64,000 nt of DNA. Source: Tricharina praecox. Lineage: Eukaryota. Below the pieces are notes generated by a model. It did not search any database. It was not told the DNA's origin and was given only the letters and a program-made list of their open reading frames with translations. This document shows positions 37,018 through 48,999 of this stretch, in pieces; positions within the stretch are counted from its first letter, which is position 1, and each line of letters opens with the position of its first letter. The position numbers and the translations under genes were made by a program. The stretch is from NCBI RefSeq assembly GCF_024521635.1, contig NW_026250435.1, positions 1-64,000 of the forward strand, in the 5' to 3' direction.

Positions 37018-39418
37018 TACTTTACGTCCCTTGGCTCGCACTCCGCGGGAATCCATCGTCGCGCGCGGCTTGGCGGACGGGACTCTCCGCGTGCCTGCCT
37101 GCGGGCCTGTGCGGGTTTGCCGCTGCCAGCCGTTGGTTCGAACTTCGGACGATGTGGGATCGACTATGCTCTACTCTGCTATATAACTACGAGTATTGGC
37201 ATCGGGTGGTTGCGCGAGAAGTTAGAACTACCTGCAGATACCGGTGGATTGTCGGATATTTCTTTGCTGTGGATACATAACTATGGATTTCCAAAAGTCT
37301 TGACTTTTTGGTTCGTTCGACACGGACGTTTATAGTAATCTGGGCTTTTGCGAATAGGAGATGGCTGATGAGTAGGAGTGTTGGGCTTCACGCGCCGGAC
37401 CAAGACATTCTACATACTTTACTCTAGGTACTCTAGGTACTCTAGAGTACTCTAGGCCTCCCACTCGTCGGAAGCATGAGCGCCGGCCCGGTGATTTCAA
37501 CCTACCATAGTTATCGCGATCGCATTGAAAAGGGGCACCGGTGAAGATTGCTCGGCGACCGTTCACATTGACGCTGGGTGGGTTCTACGCCTCACTGCCT
37601 CACTGCCTCACTGCCCTCACGGCGGTTGAATCGCTGTTGGAGTGCGTGCGTGTTGGTTTGTGGCGGCGGTTAATGTCGGACGCCCCCCGGGCTACCCATA
37701 GTTGGTATAAGCTCGAGGAGAACACAGCCGACAGTGCGAGACAGCACCCGTTATGTATGAGAGCGTCGGGCTTTTCATCACTGGGCTCGGGCCATTCAGC
37801 CAAAAGTTTAAGGGGTCTGTCGGTCGTTCGGCTCGCTATTTCGAGCGGCAAACCCGAAACCCATATACCGTAATCTAGACTCAAGAGTAGAGTAAACTTA
37901 TAAAGCCCTCGACCGCACTGCTTCGGGCAGCCAAGATGAGTGATTTCTCATGAGTTTACATATTCCGCGGAAGCTTCCTTGGCTTGCTTGCTCCCACTCC
38001 CAACTCTTCCGATCGCCAGACTCCGGAGAGACAGTAATGCGAGCGATTATTGGTGGGAAATTCATGCACAAAAACACCTTGTAAACATACTTATATATCT
38101 ACTCGATCTGAATGCGAAACGCTCCATCAACCAATAACTTCGAAACGGGAGTCTACGGGCCGGCGGAACTTGGGCGGCCCTAGCATTCACGATTCATCCG
38201 CAAGTACATATTTTCGGAACCGCTCCGTCATGGTCTACATAGATGACAGGACGCAGCTGATGTGAATGACAGAGCTCAGGAATGCTTGGCAACGGATGAG
38301 AAATTTGAATGCGAAAGTGCAGCTGTCGGAATGGAGGGGCGCAGATACCCGCCAGCGGCAAGAGACAGCTAACTTCAAAGACCGCTCGGAATGCAAGTTC
38401 CAGCCTCCAGGTGACGGCTGGCGAAGACATTCCGAAAGTTTCGTCTCCGGTCCCGCGGCTCTTGGCAAACTTGGCGGCAACGAGAGAGCATTGAGCAGGC
38501 TCGGAGACGTTTCCGAGTCTCCTATTGAACATTCATCTCGATTCTCCACCCGCATTCCAGTGCACTTTCGACTCCCGGCTCCCGAGAGTCCAGACTCTGC
38601 TAGACTGTCATCGGTCCTTGAAACTCGCTGCTATTCATTCTATACTGGTACATACGGTATCCAATCACTGATCAGGCTTCAATCACCCCCGCGTTGCGTC
38701 AACAAGAATCCGCCTGTTGCCGCAGTTAGTTGAGTGCTTCGACATGAGCCGTGACCGCCAAATGCCACGATGTTGTTGCTAGGTACCAGTACTATTAGCT
38801 GCGATGAGAAGGACAGTGCCATGGCACATTCAGCCCGTCAGGGAAAATAATAATTGCCGCCGAGAGAATCGTTGACCAACGGAGGCATCTCGGTGGAGTT
38901 GGCCGCAATGCAGCGAGCACGTTCTTCCATTCGTTCCACCCACTCGCTCATTGGGCGCCGCGTGGCTTCTACTCAGAAGCGGGGAGTCAAGACTCAAGAC
39001 TCGAGACGGCAATGGTTCGCCCAGCCCGCCAGTCTAGTCTGGGTTTTTAGGCCTGACTACGGTACCTGTCGATCGTCCTAACCCGGGCAGGTCTCATCCC
39101 GAGAGGAGGTGGTAGAGCTAGAGCTAAATACACAGCTATTCGGCTGGGCGCTGGGCGCGGTAGTCTATAGGACTATTCCTCGTCCGCCAGTCTCGGGGGC
39201 CGGGGCCCGGCTCTCCTGACCCAACTCACCAAAGGTCCGAAGCATTAGAACCAGACTTTCCCTGCTATCCAGGCAGATAGTTTACCGCTTCCTCGTCCGG
39301 GGGCTTCCATCGATATCCCCACGGGGTGCTATGTGGATCACAGGTCCAAAGGCGCATCCGCGGTACTGGGAGAACCCGTCCGTCATGAATGCACACTCGA
39401 CGCCTCGTTCGTCTGGAG

Positions 39419-39811
39419 TGTTGATATTATGCGTCTTATTTCCTGTTTCGGTGTCACTGCCACTTTCCACTGTCTGTTTGCATACTGCGCTGATTTCTTT
39501 CGTGGCTGCTCAGCATTTTCCATGGCTTCTCACCAGTCAGCCTCGTTAGCTATGGCATCTCACCAGATTCAGCCTCGTTAGCCTTCAGCCTTCAGCCTTC
39601 AGCCTTCAAGCCCCCGGCCCAGTCCGGCGACGGCGACGGCTATCGCCGCATCCTCAGACAAGGCTTGAAGGCTTTAGCTAACGAGGCTGATTCTGATGAG
39701 AAGCCATGGAAAATGCTGAGCAGCCACGAAGAAAATGAGGGCAGTATGCAAACATACATTTTAAAAGGAGCAGTGAAACCGGAACAGGAAATAAACCGCA
39801 TAACATCAACA
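39419..39811. mobile_element. Foldback (long inverted repeat) element, 393 bp, TGT...ACA termini
   Basis: Left arm 39419-~39612 is the imperfect reverse complement of 39662-39811 (TTCGTGGCTGCTCAGCATTTTCCATGGCTTCTCA vs TGAGAAGCCATGGAAAATGCTGAGCAGCCACGAA). Flanks are TGGAG and GGGAG. Confidence 0.8.
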
Positions 39812-41074
39812 GGGAGGTTGTTTCCTACATTCTAGCTCTGGTTGCGGCTATCAGCTAACTTTCTCTCTCTCCCTCGGATCGATATTGTGCACCTCTCGCA
39901 GATTCGCAGTGCATGCACGAGTCGGACCCTGTTCTCCGCGGATGACAGCCCAGCACGCGGGATCACTCGCGGCAGCGGTTTTGCAGGGAGGGGCCGGAGG
40001 GCTACACAGTCGCGTCGGCACATCCGGCGCCACATCGTGCTGGCCGGTAGCGGGGTACCAGCCCCCGGCCAGCCAGAGTGGGCAGGAAAAGAGTGTGACG
40101 GTTCGCCATAGTCTAGATAGGCTGCATGCGAAGTAAACTAAAGACCTCTCTCTCTCTCCCGTCGGCACATTCTCTCGGAGATAGCGGCGGCTGAAGCGGA
40201 CGGCCTAAATAGCCGCGGTAGACCCCACATATCCTTCAGCAGGGCTGGAGATGGTAGGGCCAAGAATGGCGGCAGCGGAAAGGGCGGAAAGGGCGGAAGA
40301 GGGCGGAAGAATCAAGAGCTGGCAAAGAGACCCCACCCCTCTTCCTCCCTACTCTGCTTGGACTAGTCACCTAGACATCAACCTTATCTGCAATAGACCG
40401 GGAGAGCGTGAGAAGTAGGGCGAGAAAGAGGGTACAGGACGACCGGGGAGGGGGGCCGGAGGGCATAGTTGAACACACGGGTGGTAGGGACGAGGTATGG
40501 ACTAACGAATACCTTCATTCATTCTCTCTTTCTTGCCGGTGTTGGACGGGAGGGGTGGAGCGGAGATGGAGCAGGGCGGGGGGGTTGACGGGCGGGGGGG
40601 TTGACGAGCGGGGAGGGCTGCGCGGAGATCAATTGGGAACCGGCGTCGAGCTCGCGGCCAGCGGTTAGTGACAGCCGGGTGGAAAAGGATATGTAATCTG
40701 CCATGATCTACTAAGGTCAAATGCAATGGTGATTAAACAGAGACGTGGCAGGTAGAGAGCAGGCGAGAGGATGAGCTGGAGGAAGAGGAGGGTTCTGAGG
40801 TTGAGGAGCCGGGGACGATCACTCCCGCTGTTCCTCCCTTCTTCGGCCTAGCCTTTCGGAGGGAGTGAGAATGGGCTTCGATTTATAAACGCAGCATTTT
40901 TCACTAAATAGACCATTTTTGTACTCAATAAATCCACTATTCCTGATTAATAAGGTGTTATTTATGAATGCGTCGGGTCTGCAAAACTGCCTCCCTCTCC
41001 TCATTTGGCCGACGCAGCCATGGCCACGAACGGCTATTCCCAGAAATGCTGTTGCTCACTACTAACCACGTTCG

Positions 41075-41745
41075 TTTCCTCTCGCTGACCGCCCCTCCAT
41101 CGCTGCACTCCATCACTACGTCATCCTCTCGCCGACAGCTCCTACATACATCTCCTCCACCCCTCCATCACTTCCTCTCCTCGCTGATGGCTCCCCATCA
41201 CTTCTTCATCTCGCCTACAGCTCCTCCATCACTTCCTCCTCTTTCTGACAGCTCCTCTTCTCGTTCCTTCTCTGGCTAACAGCTTCTCTTCTCGCCAGCA
41301 GCTCCCCCACTCCTCCCGTCGCCAACGGCTCCTCCTCTGCTCCTCTCGCTCTCAGATTCCGCTCTCCTCCTATTGCCGACTGTTCTTCCTCCTCTCACAA
41401 ACATCTCCTCCTTCACTTTCCCCATACGCCGACAGCTCCTCCTCTCGACACAACTAGTCACACGGCCGGAAATTTACCCGCCCCACCCCCCCCCCCCCCC
41501 CCCACCTCCACCTTCCTGCAGGTTATTATCTGAGATTGGATCGGTGGCTGAGGATGAACAGTTACCCTATCTTACGGCACTGAGGAAACCTCGTTCATCA
41601 GCAACTATTCAAAGGGCGGGGAGATGGGGGATGGAGGGTGGGGGGGGGGCTAATTCCCAGCCGTGCGAGTACTCCTCTCGCTGACATCTCCTCACTCTAC
41701 CTCTCGCTCACAGCTCCTCCTGTCGCCGCAACTCCTCCTCTCGCT
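41075..41745. repeat. Degenerate array, consensus CCTCTCGCYGACAGCTCCTCC
   Basis: About a dozen or more diverged units at irregular spacing, interrupted by a poly-C segment near 41480. The same motif occurs on the opposite strand at 8511-8566. Confidence 0.7.
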
Positions 41746-43215
41746 TCCTTCTGTCCTCAATAACACCTCCCTCACCGTCTTCGCTCTCTCAGTCTCTGGT
41801 ATTCCTTCAGCAGGTACGTATTGTGCTCCTATGCTATCTATCCTACACAAGTATCAGACCTACCTCGCTGCGGATACCCCCACTGTCATCGCCGGTACCA
41901 ACAGACTGACTATTCAGCACGCCGGTCATGTTGAATCTGTGGTAAGGTACCCGGATGAAGACCGGAGAACGGGAAGAGTGGTAGGAGCAATGGGAGGCGG
42001 GGAGAGGCGCGGAGAGGCGAGGAGAAGCGGGTTTTGCTTTGCATAGGCGCGGACGGGAGGATATATATGGGGTGAGTAGCAGTAGCTATCATACATACAA
42101 CCACAGCAATTTCAAGCAGCAGTTTGCGCTCGTGTAATTGTTGAGGTCAGCCATATTATAAACTATGCCCTTATAGCCCTTGTATGTAGAGCCTTTTTAG
42201 ACTATACAGCCTTTTTAGACTATGGAGCCCTTTAATAGCCGGAATAGAGCCCTTTTAGGAGCCCTTTTAGAGCCGTTTGACTGTCATCCTCCCAGGCCGT
42301 AATAACGCGTGCCCATTTAGTTAATACGGCAGTGCCGTATTCCTTGTACCCTAGGGGATCACGACCGACCAGAGCTATGTAGGAACTTGTGGTTTGGCCT
42401 TTCTTGAAATCTGTCGGTGGATCATCGATCGTTCGCCTCCTACCAACTTTTACAGTCCACAGGCGGTAGTCGGAAGTGCTGTTTGGAATGCGGCCTTTGC
42501 TTTGTGGAAATAGCCATGTTTAGAGGCGAGCCTCTTGCGGCAATGAATCTCCACGCTCGTCGACGCCGCTTCACCGGCTAAACAGTCTGCTATGCACGCG
42601 CTGGTGGTCGCACACCGAATCTCCACACTGTACAATACAGTTGGTTGTGTATCGTACACGGTGGCACAGGGCTGGCTTTGCATACCCAGGCTGAATCATT
42701 CGCTAAGTCGCACCAATCAGCTAGTACCTGAACGTGCACTCCCCGAGTTGGCTGCAAGGCCGTACATTAGCCTCGCGATTGCAGCAGTTCTCGCCACTGG
42801 TCCTGCTCGTGTGACGAGACAGCAAGCCACGGCCCACGGTTGTGAAACCACATTGATGGTCGCACACCGAAACCCAATCCACTGGTTGGTAGAACGTGCG
42901 TGCCTTCGTCACACACCGAAGCCCAATTGGTGGAGCAATGGCAAGCCGAGCAACTTACTGTGCATCTCTGCAAGGCCCCCGCTCGCTAGAGTTGGATCTC
43001 TACGATCGGGAGGCTGGCGCGGGTGGCATGGAAATCCATCTGGCTGTGGGACCTGAGGATCTCGGCTCTTCCGCCGGTGCGCCTTATAAGCCAGCACTAT
43101 CTCCCTCGCTCCCGGTCGATATCAAGTCACTTCCTAGGCCAGCACTACTACCTCCTACACCACCTCCTGCTTCTTTTCGTGTCTCTTCAAATCAATCCAG
43201 ATATCCACTTTCACG

Positions 43216-43900
43216 ATGAAGTTCCTCTCCACTGCATCTCTCGTCATCGCCGCCCTGGCCGCTCCCATTCTCGGCACCCCCGTCGAGAATCGCGGCTATG
43301 GCAAGAAGTGCCTGACCGACGAAGAAGCTACCGGAATCGTCAAGCTGTGGAGCGCCGCCTTCGGCGGCAGCGTCGAGGCAGCCCGCAAGGTGGCGGCAGA
43401 GAATATCGAGGTGTACGACAACACCGTCAACTTCCTCTTCAACATGACGATCGACACGCCGTACATCAAGGGCATAGACAACGGGGGGTCTACTACTGCT
43501 CCTCCAGGCATGGTCCAGGTGGCGTCCAGCCCCAAGCCGCACTACGACGCTAAGTTCGAGGTCATCACTATGCTGCATGATTGCGATTCCATCTCGTTCC
43601 GGTGGAGATTCGTGGGGAAAAGTGCCGGTGTCGATCCGACCTCGTATGTTCCCCTCTCTCTGTTTCTCACTGGCATTCGATTTTGGTGTTTACGGCGTTG
43701 ACTGACGCTTACTTCTACCACTATTCAGAACAAACAAGCCCGGTGACCTAATCAGCTACAACGGTATCGACTTGATGGAAGTTGACACCAAACGCAACCG
43801 CGTCACGAAAGCGTACTCGGCGTTCGAAGCCCTCAACATGCTCTACCAACTAGGTATTAAGATCTGTTTCCAGAAAGACAATCCTAATGCTTGTTTTTGA
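43216..43900 (+). CDS. Secreted NTF2/SnoaL-like fold protein, 1 intron
   Basis: Signal peptide MKFLSTASLVIAALAAPILG. Motifs CLTDEEA, HDCDSISFRWRF and, after a GTATGT..CTGAC..CAG intron, YNGIDLMEV...VTKAYSAF...LYQLG. The fold call is from motif recall only. Confidence 0.82.
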
Positions 43901-44153
43901 ATATACGACATGATCGTGCTTGTGGAGAGTCGGATGGGAGGGCCGGGAGGGCCGGGGGAGTCTGGGAGTGCTTAAGGAGCCGCGTATGTGGTGTAATGTG
44001 TTGTAATTGAGTATTTATGACTTGTTTATAATTGGGGCGGCCTTTCGTTCACAACATGGGTGATCGTAGCTGGTAGTTTGATAGTCAATGTGCAGTTACT
44101 CGTTGAATCCAGCAATAACTCCTGCCATTCATGTTCCTCACGAACGCCATCCA

Positions 44154-45853
44154 TCAGAAATTACAGCCGGACTCGTAATTCCACGGAGTTGTGAATGTGG
44201 CCCCGGGTGGCTACAAAACCGCATCAGTATCGGTGATTTCCTCGGCGCCGGCTGGTGAGACTGACTTACTTGTTGTATGCAAGCCTCACCAATGACCTCC
44301 CCATCCTATTATATGTTGGCTATCCTTCTGTCAGCACCGCGCACCTACGGTTGAACAAGGGAGGGGGCCTACCCAGCTAGGCCAATATTTCCCCAGCCCA
44401 TTGAGCGCATCCTTCGCAAATGCCGCCCACGCACCTGTCCACGATTAGTCTTGCACCGGCCGAGAGACCTCCACAACCCACCCTGAATGTATCTACTGCT
44501 ATCCTTCTGTTCCGGCAACGCACTCTCTTGCTCAAAAGTCCCAAAGATCTGCGCGACCTCGCTGCCATACATCGCATGAAACCTCGCGCTCCTAGCCGCC
44601 GGACACGTGAAGCTGTTCCTCGTAGCCAAACTCCCTTCCAGGATCTCCTCGTCATTACTGCCAATGAGTATCGGCACGCGCGTGAACCGTCCCTCTTCCA
44701 GCCGCTCCCGCGCATCGCTGAACACCGTGCTGTCATCCACGACTGGCCCGAACGTGAGCTGCACCTTCACGACGGTATCGCGCAGCTGCAATTCCGGGTA
44801 CGCCCGCAAGCACATCACCTCCGCGTACGACGCCATCGGCGAGTTGCACACCAGCGCTTCGGTCAGGTTTGCCCACGCGGAGTGATTGCCTGCCGCCGAG
44901 TCGACGATGGAGATAGTGCCCGATTGGAGGATTGCCCCGCTTGTCAGGGGGCCGGAGGCTGATGAGAAGAGGTAGGCGTCGGTTGCGGCGCTGCCCGAGG
45001 ATTCGCCGAAGAGGGTGATCTTCTTGGGGTCCTGGGGGAGTGAGCTGGTGATGACTGGGCGGGGTGGGGGGAGGGTGGGGAACATACGCCGCCAAAAGCA
45101 CGGATGTTGTCGTATGTCCACTCTATCGCTGCGCGGACGTCGTGGAGGCCTAGATTTTTTTCGTCGGAGTAGATGCCGTCACCGGGTACACCCGGAAAGC
45201 CGAAGAGGCCGAGTCGACTTGCGTCGGAGAGCGTTAGCTATCTGTCAACCGCAGATACGGAAAGCTCAGTGGTGCGGGGAAAATACTAATTAAAGGTTAC
45301 CAAAATAACGTCATCTTGGTCCCTTACGAAGGATGCTCCGTTGTATAGGGGTAGATAGGAACCTCCGAACGAAAACCCGCCGCCGTAAACCCACAACATC
45401 ACCGCGGCCTCGGATCCCCCTTCTTCAGGCGCGATGTGGAGGGCACCCACACATTGACGGACAACCTCCGCACTCGTCAGCGGTCTTTTGCCGAAACGCA
45501 AAGGGATAGCCACGTAGCGTACGCAACCTTCGGATTCTTCCGCCGGCGGAGTAAAGTTCTCAAAGTCAAAGAGCGGGGCGTTGTAGCACGCCGGGCCGAA
45601 GCGACTCGCATTCCTGGCCGCCGTCCACGCGTCCGGCTTGTCGGGCGGGCTCCACCGAAGGTTGTCTATCGGCGGCGCGGCATACGGTATTCCCGAGGAA
45701 TTCGCGAACCGTGCCCGGAGCACGCGGCGCCCAGTGGCCGAGCACCGGGCCGTCGAGAATGTTCACCAGTAACTCCGATGTGTTGAAGCCTTGTTGCGCA
45801 TCGGCGACGCTAAGCAACTGCAGGGGCAGGAGGAAAAAGAGCGTGAGGAGCAT
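44154..45853 (-). pseudogene. Type-B carboxylesterase pseudogene, paralogue of 5565-7311
   Basis: Signal peptide, VREFLG/IPYAAPP, WVYGGGFSFG, GESSG and C-terminal PGATF..YESGCNF* are present. There is a +1 frameshift near 45693, a second shift near 45410, and a deletion joining ARFHA to MYGSEVAQIFG that removes the catalytic His. Confidence 0.88.
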
Positions 45854-47044
45854 TAGTTACTAGTGGTATTGGGCTGTGAACCTTGTGTCTGGTTGCTGGG
45901 ACGGGCTATGTAGCAGGAGACATGGCGGGGCAAGGTTGATCAATGTCCAGATGCCAGATCCGACGGCCAACAGAGGTGATCTAAGATTGATGAGGCGTAA
46001 TCTACTGAGATACCTTGCTTGGCCGAGTTTCCGAGGCTGGAGCCGTAGAAGTGACTTACAGTGTCAGATCTAAGTTGAGGGAAGTGGCTTGGTACATATA
46101 TCTGCGTGTGGTATGATGTGGTTATATACTTTTTAAGTGTTACGACAAAGAGGCTCAGATTATGTATGCAGGTACACACATACCCCGGTATTCGGCAGCA
46201 ATACGAGCGTCGGGCGAGCTTCCGTGGAATCCGCGGAGAATATGTAGTGGCAGCCGGTGTTGCATGTAGATTAAGGATGGGGAAACAAGCCTTTTGTCCC
46301 TCTACGGGGATTGGCCACGAAAAGCATGCAGCTGGCACCTATTGTCATTGCTAGAAATGATCTTCGAACTCTCACCGGGTTCCTGTATTATAGTAGGAAT
46401 AAAGTGGGCCAATGGGGTACCTTACTGGCCAGAACACGGCCTTAAAAGTTCATACAGAGGTGCGATCGACTGCGAACGAACCGTGACAGGCTGCAGCCGA
46501 TACGTCGAGGCAATGACTGAGCACGCAATCAATCAAGATCGGCAATCGTTCATGCGCGTGCATGTAGATCCGGGGGCGCATCAACTCATCAAAACCAACT
46601 TCGACCTACTGATATGGTTCAACTGTGAGTTACGTGGCTGCAGGGCGAGGCCATGTGCAGCGAAACAGTCTTAAATGTTTTGCGCGGCGAAGCAGCGGTC
46701 GAGTGAGATTACGTGCAAAGGAAGCAAAACGGTGGTCACAAAAACCCAGACGGCTAAATAGGCTGAAAAACATCGTCATTTTAGTTGCATCGTGAGGAGA
46801 TTACCGGTATAAATCACCCACTAGCCAGAGCCATGCTTCGATAGACCCAGTTATATGGATTTTCACATCGCACGAGCAAAACACAAAGCACAAATGTTTG
46901 GAGCAACAAACGAGGCCCACAAGGGGTTCTTTTATCGTTCCAATCTTCCATCATCTTCTGTAGCTAGCTTCATCCATCCGCCGGCGCAAGTGATCAACCA
47001 GCAGTCCTTACCCTCTCCGCCCTTCCTGGGTCTAGATCTCTTGC

Positions 47045-47499
47045 TTAGTACCCGGTGGGCACACCACCTCCGTACTGCTCGCATCCCTTGCCGGACATCT
47101 CGGTGAAGGTGGCGACGATGGATGGGTCCTCGCACCCGGCGGTGACACACGCCAGCACGCTGCTGGTGAACGTCTCGTTCTTGCAGAGGCACTCGGGGCC
47201 GTCTGTATTTTCCGTTAGTGGCGTGCTTATCACAGTGGAACGAAAAGGGTTGGGGGAGATTGATTTACCTCCGATCTTGCAGCCGGTCTCCTTGACGGCC
47301 GGGATGATGCAGTCGATCACGCTATGAAGGGGGTTAACGGTGGGGGATGTGGGAGGATGTTTGGATTGATTATGTTTCCCTACCACTGCGGGATCTCAGG
47401 CATGCTAGCGGGGGCACCATCAGACGGAGGAGCGGTTTGCGGAAGAGCAGTGGCTACGGCAGCGGCGAGGGCAACGAGGATGATCTGGAAGTGAATCAT
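47045..47499 (-). CDS. Small secreted CFEM-domain protein, about 110 aa, 2 introns
   Basis: Signal peptide MIHFQIILVALAAAVATA. Spliced domain PQCVIDCIIPAVKETGCKIGDGPECLCKNETFTSSVLACVTAGCEDPSIVATFTEMSGKGC has the 8-Cys CFEM spacing. TATAAA upstream near 47640. Confidence 0.92.
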
Positions 47500-48999
47500 T
47501 GTGAAGGTTGGTTGACTGGTTGAAAAAGAAGTAGAAGTGAGGGAGTGAGGGAGTGCGAGTGAATTTATGAGTGAATGGAGTAGTCGGTGTGGTGTGAAGG
47601 CTTGATGAGAAGTTTGAAGGACGGGAGCGTGAGGTCGTATTTATATGCTGCTTCATGCTCTAAAGTAGGTGTCCCCGAATTTGCTTGCCGGTGATCTCGC
47701 CGCGAGGGACCATAATGGAGATGCTTATCGGTATCCATCGTGATCATCATTATTCCTCCCAAGCCGGGAAACATTTTTCCGTCATAGATTTCGCAGCTTG
47801 GCTGAAACCAATTAACACATTCTTCATCCATCGGCTCGACCTAACCGCTGGCTGGGCCTTCACGGATCAAAAAACTAGGATCACCGTCGGCAGCAAGAGT
47901 GACACTCCGTGATGTAGATCGACAACCGAGAATCTGGGGTACATATGCCACACAATCAAAGCCATAATCTCGAAAGTATGGCTTAAATCCTCGGGTTTCA
48001 GCTTCTGGGGAAGAAGGCGCGAAAGCAGTACTCCGCCAAGTCCGTTTAATCAACCTGGCACGCGATACGTTTTGCGGATCCCCGCAAACCCGACGGCTTA
48101 AAACCGAAATATTGGTAAGATCAACTCGGCTCCGAGGCTGCTCCATCTAGCTAGCTGGATTCAATTGTTACGTGGGCGAGCCGAAGTGTGTGGACAGGCT
48201 TGTATGATCGCTTTATCCTACGCAAAGATCGCTTGGTTCCAAGACAGTACATACACTGAACTTTGTCCCAAGAGAAGGATATAGTCTTTATCTGGCACAT
48301 GGGTGCTAATGGTTGATCAGCAACCGCTTCCACTATGTTGATTTGCCTCCCAGCGAGCTCAGAGCGCGTCCTTGGACTTCCGGTAGTGAGCCACGGAAGC
48401 ATCTGCTCTGGGAGGAACCGCTGATAACCCACGGAGGTTCGGTTCCAAAGGGCGGCAAGAATAGCTCTCCTAGTATTACTAGGTCTCGTCACTAGTGGGA
48501 TTTTTGGAAGAACCAAACCGCTTGCTTCATAGATTATCACTTTCACAGTTGGCCGGTATCGTCTCAAGAGCCAGGTTTGGTGGAGGATACCAACCCATTA
48601 GCTGCTTGAAGCTGCACCATAGAAACTAGAGTCTGCTTAGGCCTGGCTATTGACAAATCTTAGCAGGGAAACCGTCAGGCCTTCTTGATTCTGTGGAGAT
48701 ACAGGAAAGGGATTTGCGCGACCGCGGTATCCATTACCGACGGCCTCGAAGAGGTAATGGTTAGGATAGATCCAGAGTCCGCGGGGATAACCTAGTGTCT
48801 TCGGTATGGAGGTCGGTAGCGGCTATCGGAGTGACGATTTTATGGCTCAAGAATATCTTCAAGTAGAGTTATCTTGATTGAAGTCTCTCCATTGCTCACT
48901 TAGTAACTGGTTGTTCAGATATGTGTGAATTTCCGAGCACCACAACCCGAAAAATATTATGTGAACTGCATTGTTCTTCTATTGCTGCAGTTACTCGCC

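Noticed and set aside
37940..38733. Possible gene relics here and at about 1300-1900, 47900-48900, 51400-51980 and 60700-61600
   Set aside because: Protein-like fragments with no identifiable family or consistent exon model; TBLASTN would be needed.
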